Assembly (NCBI RefSeq): GCF_009914755.1
Contig: NC_060928.1
Reading direction: 5' to 3' (one strand)
Length of the DNA stretch: 64,000 nucleotides
Source of the DNA: the human T2T-CHM13v2.0 reference genome, Homo sapiens
Shown piece after piece: positions 26,214 through 42,152 of the stretch. The position numbers were made by a program, and so were the translations under genes. The first letter of the stretch is position 1. Each line of letters opens with the position of its first letter. The notes beneath the pieces were generated by a model, which was not told where the DNA came from, made no database searches, and worked only from the letters and a program-made list of their open reading frames with translations.

Positions 26214-29200
26214 GTCATTGCTTTGCCTCTTTGTGGTCAGTTATTCAACAAAATACAGAACGGTGTTTTTGTTTTTATTTCTTTTTTATATCATAAAATT
26301 TATTTTAACTACGGATGTTTTGTTTTCTCAACTTTCTCTCTAGTTTGGAACAGTTATCTTTGTAGATAACTATAAGTAGATTGTCTAGTAAAGTTTTAAA
26401 GTATAAACACTTGAATTGCCTAGGAGTTAAGCTAATTTTTTTTCTGAGACTGTCTTCAGGTTACAATGCTTAACATAAATTGAAATATCAAGAGATCTTT
26501 TTTTGGAATAAATTATTCATCTGTTAGATCTAATAAATCATTCTGCACACTGTGAGATTGCAATTGTTGGTAAACAAGGTGATAACATTTCTGTTGAGAG
26601 GATTATACAGATTTGTTTTAGTCATTATTTGCTTAGAGCATCAACTGCATTCTGTACCAGATTGGGCAAGGCCTAACAGAACATTCATTGAGTGATAATT
26701 AAATATCTTAAATGCTACAATGTTTTGGGGATGCTGTGTTAAGTTAGAAAGTAAATAAATATCTAGTGTTTTTATAATCATGAAATGCATTTTCTTTATG
26801 GGTTTCAGGAAGCATTTCAGTTAGGACTTCACCTTTCCCTCCGTAATTCTAGCATGGTAAGCAAGACTTGGAAAAAGTCACAATAGGTGGAAAATTAAGG
26901 AATTAAAAATTTAAACCTGCCTCAGAAGGTTGTATGGCTCCTGAAACCAAAGATACATTCATCCTTATTTTAAAAACTAGCTACTTAAAAGTATGTATGA
27001 TATGAATAAAGATTAGATGAGAATATGGAGAAATAGATTTTTTGATGCTGGCGAGATTATGTATAATTTTCGCCTTCACTTTTCAGTTGACGTTGTTGCT
27101 AGTTATTTATTTAAAATAAATTTGTTAAAGTAAATGCCCATATAGCTTACATGATTTTTTTCTGGAGAACACTTTCCTTGGATATTGGGCAACCTTCAGA
27201 AATAATAGACTCCACCACAGTACTTTAAGAGGCACAGACATTTAAAATTTATGATATACAAGTATAAGCTAAGTTTATGTTTGCAGGGTTTTTTTTTTCT
27301 CTTTAACAGCTGCTAGAATTTTAAGATTTCTTAGAATTAAAGACGAGATAAAATTTAAACCAATGCTATCCAAAAATTAATATCTAAGAATAACTTCGCA
27401 TAAATTATAGAGACCAAATAGGCTTTTGTCTACACTAATAAAATGTTCCTTTGAATCCTTAATAATCTTAGTATAACTGCCCTAGGCAATCCAGGTTGAT
27501 TGAAGCATTATGGATTTTAGTTGGAAAATTTTCCCTGTGTTTGATTTAGAATTATCTAGCTTTTTCAGGAACAGAACAATAAATAGAATTGTTGTCTTTA
27601 ACATGCCTACCCTTCTGTACCAGCTGGGATATGAGGACTTTTATCTGTGTTCATAGCATATATATCTGTGTTCCACTTGACTTCTGGTCTCCTTTTCTCT
27701 ATTTCACCAGCATGTACAGTCTTAGGAATGAGGAATGGGGAAGAGATCACTGGATTAGAGAGGGGATGTGTTGAGTGGAAAAATACAGGCCAAATAACTT
27801 CCTTCAGAATTTCGTGAAGGTCAGGTCCCATCACAAAGGGTTGGAGATTTGTGGTATTTTGAAGCCCTCTAATTAAATAGGGGAATAGGTACCATCTTTT
27901 CCTTTCCTGTTCACCTTTCCCTGTTCTACCCTTCTTCGTTCTAGTTAAATACCAGCAATTGGATATGTAAAGTAAAATACTGAAATGTGAAATTCTGTGG
28001 TGAAATGTGGGATGTCCAGATGACATCTCTGAAAACCCAAAGCCAATCCCTGTGCTCCAAACTGAAGGTTTATATTTAGAAGACAGTGCAGATCCTGTAT
28101 TTTTAAATTGCTGTAAACATGTTTATGTGGTTATTTTTAGCTTTTACAGACTTTAGTGAACTTCCAAGTTGGCAAGTCAGACACAGTCGGTTGTTGTCTG
28201 TTACCTCAGATGCCAGCACTTTCTGAATGACTCTGGTTGTCTCACTGGGTTTCTAACATGTTGAAAGCAGATGAGTGTGTAAGTTATCTTGTGTCAACTG
28301 CACATGGTCTATCTAATCTATCTATATGGGTGATTGTATTACTATACATAGTGTACTTGTTTTCTTTTTTCTTTTTTTTTTGTTTTTAAGCTTTTATGAA
28401 CTGGTAACAATTTTGCTTGGAGCTCAAGATGAGTTGGGTCCTGCCAGATGGCACTGTTATTTCTCTGGCAGAAGTAGCTAGTTATTTTCTCTTTTCCTTC
28501 AACACTTCTCTCCTTGTCCTCAAGCATTAAATCATGCATATACAATACAAATCCTTACAGCCGCTGTTATTTTCAGTCCATTGTATCTATTTCCTGTTGA
28601 CCGAAGGTTATGAGGCTTGGGTAGTGTAGAGGGAGATGAAAAGTTGACAGAAAAAAGAAAGCTGGGCTCATTTTAGGGGCAAAACACCATAAAATGGGCA
28701 AGATGGCACTTGGATTTATTGAAAACAAAAAGAAATAAATAGGCAATCGTCTTTCTTGTATGGTGAGATCATTATCTGCATGGTGCATGCATGAAGAATC
28801 GTTTTCCTCCAAGAATCGTGTTTTATGAAAGGGTGACACCCGTAGCCCTCATGGGGAAAGAGGAAGATGTCATTATTGGCACTTGGGCTGAGCCTTCCAC
28901 GTTTGCATCAGAGATCTTGATTTCATTATCTGTGCCATAATTTTTATCTTGCATTCAACCTTGTACTTAGTCCTTCTCTTTAGATGAAGTTATTCATTCT
29001 TGCTTATTGGACTTAATGTAGTTTATAGTCAGTAGCTCCAGAAGGCATAATTTATCTCTTTGGAAGGATGTCTTTCTAAAGAAACTTTTCATTGCCATAT
29101 ATCTTGTTCTGGAAGCTTTAGACTGAGATTTATGTTAAGAAGAAAATGATATTTAAGCGTTATTTTGGCTTTTTACATATAAATCTAATTATGGAAATTT

Positions 29201-29779
29201 GAAATTTGATTTGTAACACTTCAGTGCTTTCCCTTTAGTTCTTAATGTGAAAGTGTTGTTTTTAAACAGTGATCCAAATCTTAATATAGCAGTGTTTTAT
29301 TTTGTTGTAAATTGTGAATGTTTCATAAGAAACTAAGAAAAGAAAATGGGAATGTTTTGTTTTGCTGGAAATTCAAAACAGTAGTTCTAACCCAGAAATA
29401 ATTATTTTGGATTGGATAGCTGAACAAGAAATGGAATTTAGAATCAGTACATTTTTTGAAGATAAATTTTCATTGAAAAATTCTAGATTGTCATTGGCGT
29501 ATTTTATTAATGATCAGTTTTATTTAAGCAACCATTTCCTTTCCTAATCATGACAATAACAACATATGGGACACATTTTTAGGGTAGAGTAAGTTTGTGG
29601 AACACAGTGAAACTAGGAAATAGACCCACATGCTTGTTAGGATCTCAGGCACAACTGCTTACAGTAGCATTACACAATTTAAATATTTGTTGTGGATTTT
29701 ATTATTAAAGCTGTACCTGCTTCAGCAATTGATCTTGCTTGTCTCTTAAGTTGAAGAAATATCCTTTAAAACTGCACTG

Positions 29780-30183
<404 letters not shown>

Positions 30184-33100
30184 TCCAAAACTGCAATTAG
30201 AATTTGCCTCTGTGCAGGAAAATTTTATGTCTTTAATTTGAGAGATAACATGAATTTTCTACTGCATAAACAATATTTATTTTTTCATGGTCTTGTTCTT
30301 TATTTAAACAAGACGTTATTAAACATCAAATGGACATTGACATTATACTTCATAGCATATGCCATTTTGTTCTTATTCTCTGTGATGACGTTACATTCTA
30401 CCCTCTGAGAGACTGGGAAGTCATTACACACACACATACACACAAATGTATGGATATATAGAGAGAGAGAGAGACTATGTAACTGTGTATATATACATAA
30501 AAATGCTAACATAATATTCAATGACTGAAATGTGTGGGCCTTCTCATAGTAGGCACTGTGAAGTTGTAGGTTCCTAATATTAACATATTGGCACGGTTTC
30601 AGTCCCAGGGTTCATAATTGACTTATTCCCTGATTAAGTTAGTTTCACTTTTTGTTCACTGAGCCTTGTGGGCTGGAGATTTGAGAGTTTATGGCTGAAT
30701 TCTTACAACAATAAGAAAACCCACTATTGGTTTGTTGTATCATCCATTATACCTGAAGGCCAAGTTAGTGAAGAACAGAGACAGCATCATTACCAAATGA
30801 ATTAAGACATTCATTCATTTGTTCATTTATTCAGGCAACAGTTATCACCCATGCCTTTTAACCACCAAGTCCTTGCATGCTGTACACTATGCTGAACACT
30901 TAAAGAGAAATAAGACAGAATCTTGGGGGAGGAAAGCAGTTGTACAAAGGGTTGATTGAAATGCCAAGGTAGAGTGCTATGATGGAGGTTTGCACAAGGT
31001 ACTGTGGACATCTTGGAGTAGTCAGCTTGACCTGGCCGAGGTGACAGGGGAGCCAGAATTTGCAGAAAGAAAGGTGTTGCCAATATTCCTTCACACCAAA
31101 TTCCATCTACTCCAAATGGAAAAGATGAGTTTCTTGCCATGATCTCTCAGTATTTTGGGAATTTTGCAAACCATGGGGAGAAAAAAAACTCTTTAAAAAA
31201 AAAAGCCATTCCTAAGCATCACTTTGATGGCTGTGTAAGACTCCTGTATGGTGGTATATCATCGTTTATTTACTCAGTTTCCTACTGTGACTAATCATCT
31301 GGGTTTGCCCAGGACTGAGCCATTTTCTAGGATGTGGGACTTGCAGAGCTAAAACGAGGATAGTCTTGTGAAAACTGGGATAGTTGATCATCCTACCTTC
31401 TACTGAATATTTAGATCATTTCAAATATTTACTTACAGAAACAATACTGTGCTGAAAATTTTGGTGCCTAGGTATTTAGCCACATTTTTTTTTTCATTAT
31501 TTCCTTAGGTGAGAGTCGTAGAAATGGAATTAATGGCTCAATGACTGTGGACATGTTTTGGAGCTCATGGCAGTGCTCATGGTTCTTTATTGCATTTTTT
31601 GCTGTATTCAGCTAGACTGGCAGGAGTCTGCCTGGACATTTGCACCACCTCTGCCTCCGCAAGTTCTTAGGGAGATGAGCCAAAGACTTGTTCTTCACTA
31701 GCTGCAACTTGTGTTCCAAATCTTTAGCTGGCCAGATTGCATGTAAACTCCAACTAACAGAGCCTTGGCCAGAAGTAGGCCAAAAGCCAGTCTCAAAAGA
31801 TGGAGTGAACTCTGTGTCCCGATTTTCCTCTGCCCACATCCTGACCTGAGCTCACTGACTCTGACTGCACATGGTGGTAAGAAAAGGGTGAGATCCAGTG
31901 GACCCAAGGCCAGTGGCCTTTCTTCCCAGTACACACAGCTGTGGGTCACCCCAGGGCACCATCCGACTCACATGGAACATTGCATGTTTAACTTTGTTTG
32001 GCTCCCAGCCAGTTTCTCACTTTTTCCGTCTCCTCTTGGTTAGGGTAAGAAAGTTTGCAAAACCACCAGAGTTAGAGTGTGGGCACAGCCCCAACAATTG
32101 GGAATATGAGGACAGAAGTGAAATGGTACTTTCAAGTAAAAATATACTTAGCTTGCCCCACAGTGCTGTATTTAGAATTAATACAGCCATGAGGTGACAT
32201 ACTTTCCTGTGGAACCTAATAAATAAATTTACCTAATTGGGGTCCAAGGCAGACCAGCCTCATACCAAATTGTCTCTGTAGTAAGATGTATTAAAGTCAA
32301 GTCCTATTTTCAGGGTTCTTAACGTGTTAACAGGGGTCCTGTGAAACCTTGAAACTATACAATATTACCTATATACCTTTTTTCTAAGAAAAGTTTTCAT
32401 TGCTTTAATCAGATGCTCAAAGCCGTCTATGACCCAGAAAAGGTTTAAGAACCACCTATGTATATTAAATACTAAGGGGTTTTTGTCATTGCTTTTTTTT
32501 TTTGGCTTTTTGTTTATTTTATGTAGTGCTTATGCCTAGGCTTTGAGGTAGGCATTAATTTAGCAGTAATTTCAACAAGTAAATTATATGCACTATTACT
32601 GAGAATTCAAAATTCCTGAACTCTTTCCCTAGCTAGTATAGTATTTCTGAGTCAAATTTGATTTTTTTCCTCTTATGAAATTGTTTTATTTCCAACTAAT
32701 TTGTTGTATCCAGGCAATGTACGTAAACTCTAATATCTTAAGTTTATGGAACAGTTGAAAGCTTAGATCTAGGCATTGTTCTGCATTATTTTCAGTGTAT
32801 TCTTTTGTTTATATTACTAAGCTAAAGTTAGCTCGGATAGCACAAGGCTAGAAAATGGTGACAACAGTTTGAAAACAGGAAATTTTAGGCTTCTGTGTGT
32901 TTGGAACAGATGATCATAATGATAGAGCCAGTGGAGTGGAAACTTCCACCGAGCCTGTTTTTTCCTTATTTTGCTCTATGAGAAAAGATGGTGCTTCCTG
33001 GAAAACAACTCAAGTATTTTAAAGCAAATGGTTTTCCTTTGTCCCTGCTTCATGGTTAATTTGTTTTTCTTTATTTTATTTACCCTAGTAATAGTATTAT

Positions 33101-35157
33101 GGAAATATTTTTAATAGGCAAAGTAATTCCTAAAGTGCTTATTTTAGATTTTTAAATATTTCAATGTATTACCATTTACTGCATGGTTTTTAGAGAAAAT
33201 TAAAGCAATATATTATAATGACTTTAAGGAAAGAAAAATAAATTTATTCCTCTATTTTAAGTGTTCCCAACTTTTCTTGTTTGTTTGTTTAACCCCCTAA
33301 GTGCCAGTCTTTAAAATAAAGTCGTGACTCTTTATCTGTCTAGGCTGTTTCCTGGCTGAGACTCCTTCCACATGTATCCCGGAATTCTATATTTAAAAGA
33401 AAGGTTAAATATCCATTCACTAATTGCAGAGTAATAATAAAATAGCATTTCCATATACACATAAACTTTTTGTTTTGTGCACATCATTCCTAGGTTATTT
33501 TAAACATACAATTTTTTAAAATTATAAAAGCAATAAATGGAAACATTTTGAAAAAACAAAGTATGTAAAATATGAGACTCATCTGGCCCTTTCATCTGAC
33601 CTATTCTTAGTTATCAGAGTTAACAACTTAGTATGTGTCCTTCCAGACCTGTTCTCTAAACATAGTGTGTGTTTGTATAAACACACAGTTTGTGCTGTGT
33701 TTGTACAAACACACAGTTATTTCACACAAATGGAAGTATATACCATGTGTACAATTCCGCACCTTGTTTTTTTTACTTAACAGTTATCTTGTGGGCATTG
33801 CTCATGTATATATATCCATGTCACTTTTTGAATGAATTGCCTAGCTTTATTGTGTAGATGTCCCATAATTTATTTGACCATTATCCTGCTGATAAAATTT
33901 AGATTACAACCTATCTTATCAAAAATAGCATTTTCATTTTGTGAAACGCACATCTTCAACCCCGACATTTTACAGATTTCTGAGAGTATATTGAAATTTT
34001 GAATTCTACTAAAGAAGTCACAATAATGGTCTTTCCTTAAATATCAGTTGTGAAATACCTTTTAAGAGATTTCAAAATAAAAAATTCCGCTCTACTTTTT
34101 TCCCCACACTTTCTCAGGAAAAGAGCGGGTTAGTAAAATTACAGTGGTGGAGCTTCCTGGTAGAAGGGAAGTTGGCTCAGGAATGTAGAAAGTATTGCTC
34201 TTCAGCTATCTGGACAAGGTATACTTTGTTAGGGCTTAACAACTACCAAGAGACCCCAAGATGCAGTCAGCAGAGTTCTTTTTCAAGTGCTTAAGGGAAT
34301 GGGCTTGTTAATGGACTACTTGCGTGATGTTGCTGAGAGCTCAAAGGAACAGGAGCTGATGCCTTATCTCAGGGGAAGTTGAGGAAAGCTTTAAAGAACA
34401 GGTCTTGAGCTAGGTCTTGAAGGATGAGTAGGAGCTCATGGTGAGGGAAATAAGGTATTTCAGACTGAAAAAGAAACAAGGACCATGTGGGTGCTGTCTG
34501 AGGCCATCTGTGGAGGTGAGAGATTGGAGAGATGAGACAGGTAAGTATGGTTTTGAAGAACCTTGTATGCTATCTTACTGAAGGAGTTTGGACTTCAATA
34601 ACAACTTTGAACTTTCCCCCCCCCCGCTCTGAAATCTTTTCATTTAGTCTCAGTGGCTGTCTGTGATGATTATTCTGATGGACAACATCTCACCAAGGCT
34701 TTGAGCACTTACAATGCATGAAGTGCTGTTGCAGATAGAAAAAAAAAAAGGAATTAGCTTTCAAGGAGCTTAATGTCCAGTTGGGAAAATAATTCATAAG
34801 TATTTGGAGAGTTTGGAAATGTAAAATAATAGACTGTTCCAATCTATTCTACAGCAATGCAAGAGATATTACAGAGCAGTAATTGATTGTCAGTGGTAGG
34901 AAGGTAGGGTGTGGGGAGGAAAGGGGAAGGTTGGGAAAAAAGAACCTTGAAGAATGAATTGGGTTTGAAAGATATTTGCTAGTGGTAAATATTGTGAACA
35001 AAAATAGGAAGATAGAGACAGCATTGGCATGAGCAGAAGATATTAATATAAGAAGATGAAGAATGAGACGTAAGCTTGAAAGGACCTGTGTTTGTTTTGT
35101 TTTGTTTTGTTTTTGAAATTTTACTTTAAAGAGCAATATAATCCTATTGATTGGATC

Positions 35158-35340
35158 TATGGTTCTTAATCATGGTGGCACATTAGAATCATCTGTTGAG
35201 TGTTTAAACCTGCCTATTCCAATCTTCACCCCACCCCCATACACTACAATTTAGTTGGCTTAAGGTGAAACCCCAAGCTTTTTTTTTTTTTAAGCAAAGC
35301 TCTCCGGATATTTCTAATGTGCATTCAGGGCAGAGAACCC
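35158..35340. mobile_element. MER5A-type hAT element
   Basis: tggttcttaatc..cacattagaatcatctg ... ttctaatgtgcattcagggcagagaacc. Confidence 0.65.
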
Positions 35341-35574
35341 ATGGACTACCCCCGACCTCTTCTCTGATCTTCTCTCTTGCCTGCCCATATATTGGCCACT
35401 TCCTCAATAATTAGCTCTTCCAGTAAAGGTACAGGGAAAAGATGAGGGAATTTTGGCAAGCATCACACCAGGCATGTGAGCTGTCATTTATACCACAGAG
35501 AACTCACAAAACAGGGTGTACAGCAGTTACAATGTTTTTCTTTAAAGCTGAAGCCATTTGCTAGTTAGGTTAAT

Positions 35575-35655
35575 TAGGCAAAATTTGTGAATTTGTTAGT
35601 AACGTTACAGCCATATAGGCAAAATTTGTGAATTTGTTAGTAATATTACAGCCAT
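35575..35655. repeat. 41-bp tandem duplication
   Basis: taggcaaaatttgtgaatttgttagtaa(cg/ta)ttacagccat at 35575 and 35616. Confidence 0.93.
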
Positions 35656-38600
35656 TAATGGCTTGGGGTTAATCCAGGTTAAAAAATGTTTCCTTCCCAC
35701 CAAATAGTGGGACTCCCATCTGTACTTTCTTGCCAGTATGTACATACCCATACTCTAGGGTGTGTGATAAGCCTGCCTTAAGACCTAGCTTCAGTGTGAC
35801 AGTTCTACAGGTGAGCATATCCAATTTGCTAAATACAGGAAATGTTTAAAAGAATAGTTCTTTTAAAATGATGTTTAAAAACATCTCTCTTATGTCTGTA
35901 GAGTTTTAAAAACAAATTAATTTGTTTACACACCTCTATGCTTGCCTGACCAATTCTTGAATGGGCTGGGCAGATCGCAGTTATATCACTATCCCTGCAA
36001 TGCATAAATAGTATGAGAACTTCTGTATTTTTAATCCTTGCCTCAAACATTTTGTATTGCGTATTTAGCAGACATTGACTGAGCACCTCCTTGGCGCTAG
36101 GCAATGGGAAAGGAAAGAAGAAAGGTTAAAATGGCTCCAGCCCTCAGTACATTCAAATGCACAGATGTCAAATGATTTAGGAAAAAGGTGGAAATGGAGA
36201 GCTCAGAGCCAACTCGGATGGTGCCCCGAAGAGGGCTGAGCTAAATCTAGGGGGTAGATTTTGTGCCAAGGGGTGAGAGGCAGGACAGAGCAGAGTGTTT
36301 GGGAAACTACAAGTATTTCCAATGTGGTTGGAAGGCAGAGGGGCAAGAAGTGACGCTGGAGAGATTTAGGGGTGGAGATGGGGCGGGAGTTGATTGGAGG
36401 GTCCTGTGTACCCTGCCAGAGTTTGGGTTTTATCCTGTAGGCACAGGGGGCAGTCACTGAGCATAGGGAATTGGCTTCAGAATTTGGTACTTTTAAGTTA
36501 CCCCAAAATCCAGACTTAACTGTTGACTTCTTGTTAACAAATTATTTGTTCAACTCAAAATTGGAGTGACTATTGCATATAAGAAATGGCTACAAAATAA
36601 GTTTTTACATAGTCCTTCTCAACTATGCAGACATCTTGCAAATTTCAGCTTCTTCATTACCTGCTCGTAATGGAAGTCTAGTCGTTAAAATGATTTTTTG
36701 TGTGAATTTCTTTTAAAATTACTTTGAGTATTTGGTTTTGAAGGTTTCTAGAAAGCCTGTCCTTTTTGTCTGCTCCTGCTCTGCAGGATTGGCAAGGCAG
36801 TGTACGGCTTTCTCTGGAGCTACCAAGGCAGCAAGGATAAAAATAGGACAAACTTTAAGAATCTCAGATATTTTCAGATAACAAAGACTGATTTATGTGG
36901 GCCCGTTTTGTGCTCTGACAAAACATAGAGACGCTTTTGTGCTGTGATTAGCAAGGGTGCTGATGTCAGTTCTCTTGTCGAGCATCAAGCTTTATTCTGT
37001 GGCTAAATTGTGCTTTGTACCATAATCCAGAGAACCTTTGTATCTGCCTTATTAAAGTGTGTAGTTTATGTAATTGCTTTTGTTTTCCAGCTTAATCTGT
37101 GCCAGATTCAATGAGGGTGACTCATTTTGTGACTGAGACAAACATTCACATTTGGACCATGTTAAAAATAAATAAATAAATGGCAGGTGCTGCTTGGCTA
37201 AATTCTGTGTTTTAATGCTGTAATTTCCTGCCGTAAGGGTTCACGTCTTGTATAATGTCTACTCAGCCTCTGTAATCACTAGCCCAATATATCTAATGCA
37301 CCTCAATTCATTGCTACTCATTTCTTGATTATTTATTTTAGTTCCTAAGGGCTTTTTGAATTGTAACAATGTGATTTCAACAGGGAAGCCAAGGAATGGA
37401 TGGGGGGGAGCCACAGTTAGCCGGAAAACAAAGAGTGACACATAAGCTGTAGCAAAAGGACATGTTCTGTGCTTTTCTGTTTTTGCCATTTTCCCAAGAT
37501 GTTTTGTGCATGTGTTTTGGTAAAGTTGTCTTAGTTATGTTTATTTTATTATGTATATGTTCAGTATTGGAGCTCTTTTTCTCAAGTGGAAGATGCTTTG
37601 AAAGCACTCTCTTCATTGTGGCCCATGTATCAAATCTAATCTCAAAAATTTTACAAGTCTACTCTCTCAGGAGAATTCTGTTTATTTATTGTACAGATAT
37701 GCTATGTACTAGGCACTGTGCTATGGCAAATAAAGCAGGCGTGGTCACTATCTTCTTGAACTTTTCAGTCTGTTTGGGGAGTTACGTACTACACAAATAA
37801 ATACAAAGAAAAATTGAATTGCAAAATTACACAAATCACTACGTAGGTAAGTAATAGGATCTCTAAAACTATGCTATTAGTTTACACTGGAGTTGGTTGC
37901 ATTGAGGGTGGTCAGGGAAGAGAAGCCCTGAAGGTTGGAGTTGGCCAGGCAAAAAGTGAGGGAAAGAATATAATGTATTTAGGGGAAAACATGTGCAAAG
38001 TCCCTGAGGCAGGTAAGAGTTTAGCCTCCTATAAACCCTATTATTGGAGGGGGAAAAGTGACAGTTGATGGAAATTGAGAGAAAAAAGACAGGAAACTGT
38101 ATTTAAAAGATGAACTATACAAGCATAGCAATATGGTACTATTTATTAATAGTATAGGGGCAAATGACACTCTATACAGTGCAACAGCCTCTGAGAGTCT
38201 CCTGAAGTGCAGTATAGAAATGGATGCTTACAATACTTAGTCTGAATCATTGGGGAATGGATTATGTTTGGTGAAGTATGTAGTAAAGCATTTTAGAAAG
38301 ATTTGCGTGCAAGACAATAAAGTTTTAAAAAGTCATTTCTGTATTTAAAGATGAAGCTTCACTATCTGGAGAAATCACTTACTGAATGATATGATTTCTT
38401 GAGGGCCCTGCATAAATAACATCATATTTTATATTCTTTTGCTTTACTTCTGCATTACTTTTTAAAGCTTACTGCTTGAGAGGGAAGTATCCATAGAGGG
38501 ATAATTTTACTAAGAGATGATATTTATTTATTTTGCAGTAAGTAGATGCATATTCAATGAATGGATTTTTATAGTCCAGAAAACAGTGCTAAAATCATGT

Positions 38601-39053
38601 GAATCCAACACTTTATGACTTTTCAATATTATCTAAAACATCTATAGGACTCTACCCTGCCTTCCCTGGACACAAATTATATACTTATTCCTTTGAGCTG
38701 CGTGAAGAATGAGAAGTTAATTTAAAATGTTGATGATTAAAGACCTATATAATGTTTTTAGGCCTTTGTGATCTCTGGTCATCCTCTTGTTAAAGGATTG
38801 CCTAAATTTTTCTGTAGAGGAATGCTTGTTCATGTAGCAATACCTCTGCAGACATTTTGCCTGGGTTGCTGTAGTCTCAAGTATTTTCATGTATGTTAAA
38901 TATTTTTTTCCACAATTAGTCAATTCTTTGAAGGTAGGAATAATGAATTATATACTTGTTTTTCTTCCCACAAGTAGCAAAGGGAATGTTTTATTCCACT
39001 GGGGGTTTTCGAGTCCTTCCACTTCCCAGAGCATCCCCACCACCCCGCTGCCC

Positions 39054-39370
<317 letters not shown>

Positions 39371-40007
39371 TAGTCTTACCTAGAATGTTGAATCTGGAGC
39401 AGAGAATGTTTCTTAGTAAATGACTGAGACTTGCTAAAATAGGCCTCTTTTCTGTCTAGCTGCCTCCCTGAGGAAGAATTTCAAAGAGGAGTAAGGTGTA
39501 AGTTTGTTTCCAGGCACACATGTTGGGGTTAAAGGCTGATAAGGAAGGCTGTTTGTCATTTGGTTCTGCTTTTATTATTTGGTGACCATAGATTTAGGGA
39601 GGGTGATAGTAAAATAATTTTTTAGGCTTCTCTAGGTATAGTATTAAACTCAAAATTTACCAGAACTTGTGGAGGGGGTATGTGGTGAGTGTATTACAGA
39701 TTGCCCATGTATGTTTGTTGGGAAGAGGAGGGGAAATATTAGAAAGAGTTAAATCCCATACTCAAGAATACAGGTCTTACTCGTATAGTCTTTGAACAAC
39801 AGGCTGTGTGGCTAAAAGAGAGACACAATCAATTGCTTCCCAGTCAAGAAGCCAGAAAAGCTTCAAAACCTTTCCCCCTCCCTACTCCTTGCCACCGCAC
39901 CTAAAAAAAAGAGAAATCTTTTAAGTGTTTAAAATCTGTAGGAGTCTTATGAAGAAGCAGCTTTATGTGTATTCTTTATGGCATAATATTAATGCATGAA
40001 AATCTGT

Positions 40008-40400
40008 TGCTTTTTTAAAAATTGTGGCAAAATATACATAACATAAAATTTATCATTTTAGCTATTTTTAATATACAATTCACTAGCATTAAGTATTAAT
40101 ACATTCACAGCACCATTGCAACCATGGCCACCATCATCTCCAGAACTTGATCTTCTTCAACTCAAACTCTAGGCCCATTAAATACTGTAATAACTCTCCA
40201 TTTCCCACCCCTCCCCCTCCGCAGGGCCTGACAAATACCATTCTGCTTTCTGTCTGTATGAATTTGACTACTTGAACTACCTCATATAAGTGGAATCATA
40301 CAATATTTGTCTTTTTATGACTGGCTTATTTCACTTAGCATAATGTCCAGCTTCATTCTTTTGCGTATGGATTTCTAGTTTTCCTAACACCATTTGTTGA
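40008..40400 (-). mobile_element. Old L1M 3'-end fragment
   Basis: ctcatataagtggaatcatacaatatttgtc..gactggcttatttcacttagcataatgtc, a typical L1M 3' UTR reverse complement. Confidence 0.82.
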
Positions 40401-40705
40401 AACCATGACTTTTTCATATTTAGTAAAAACTGAATCCTCCTTGATGTATTGCCTCAATATTATATAGTAGGAGATTTAATCGAACATACTGAATATATAT
40501 ATACATTATTAAGTTAATTGAGTTATGAGTAAACGTTGCTTTTCAGAGTGGCAGATTATCCTGTGGTAAAAACACACACACAAACACACACATATTGTGA
40601 CTTTCTCTAAACAATGCATTTGTAAAATCAGTTTGATAAATGTGCATCTTCTTGAAAACATTATCTCAAGTTAATACTGAATGGATATTTTTGTTTTGTT
40701 TCTAG

Positions 40706-41000
40706 GCATGGAAGAGGAGATGGTTCGTGTTACGCAGTGGCCGTTTAACTGGAGATCCAGATGTTTTGGAATATTACAAAAATGATCATGCCAAGAAGCC
40801 TATTCGTATTATTGATTTAAATTTATGTCAACAAGTAGATGCTGGATTGACATTTAACAAAAAAGAGTTTGAAAACAGCTACATTTTTGATATCAACACT
40901 ATTGACCGGATTTTCTACTTGGTAGCAGACAGCGAGGAGGAGATGAATAAGTGGGTTCGTTGTATTTGTGACATCTGTGGGTTTAATCCAACAGAAGAAG
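40706..41000 (+). CDS. GAB1: GAB1 coding exon 2 (most of the PH domain, aa ~25-122)
   Basis: Acceptor ttttgtttctag|GCATGG, donor GAAG|gtaagt; 295 nt. Translates [98 protein letters not shown], the Gab-family PH domain. Confidence 0.98.
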
Positions 41001-41352
41001 GTAAGTTCAAGATATTACTATTCAACTTGAATTCTTCTTTTCTGCTACATTTCCAGAAATGTCATACAATTCTTTGTTATTTTAGTTACACAATATAATG
41101 TTTTATTTTTATAATAGGAACTTGACATTTGGAAAAAGCACTGAATCCTTTAATTAGTTTGGGGAGAAGCTGTTTACCAGTTTTAGAGCGACAGACTTAG
41201 ACATATTGGGGCAGTTTTTAAATATCCTGAAGTAAAAGGTGACAAGAAGACATTTTAAGAACATTTATTGAATTCCAATATAAATATTCAGTTTAACCAT
41301 ATAACACTGTTGATATTTTACTATTTTTCACCTATTAAAAAATAGCACATTT

Positions 41353-41680
<328 letters not shown>

Positions 41681-41716
41681 CTATTTAAAAATATATTTTA
41701 AAACTATATTAGATTA

Positions 41717-42013
<297 letters not shown>

Positions 42014-42022
42014 TTAGATTAT

Positions 42023-42152
42023 CCCATTTATGCCTAGTGTTCCATTATTGGAACGCTAAGCATGTGGGAGTTATTTATATCCCACTGCTCAAGGTCATCG
42101 CCAAGGTCTGATTGCAAACATTCAAAAAATTGCAACCTCAAGCATAAATAGG
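42023..42152. mobile_element. MER85 piggyBac (PGBD3-derived) MITE
   Basis: TIRs CCCATTTATGC... / ...GCATAAATAGG; internal 16-bp imperfect palindrome GTTCCATTATTGGAAC (42039-42054); flanked by TTAT on both sides. Confidence 0.9.
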
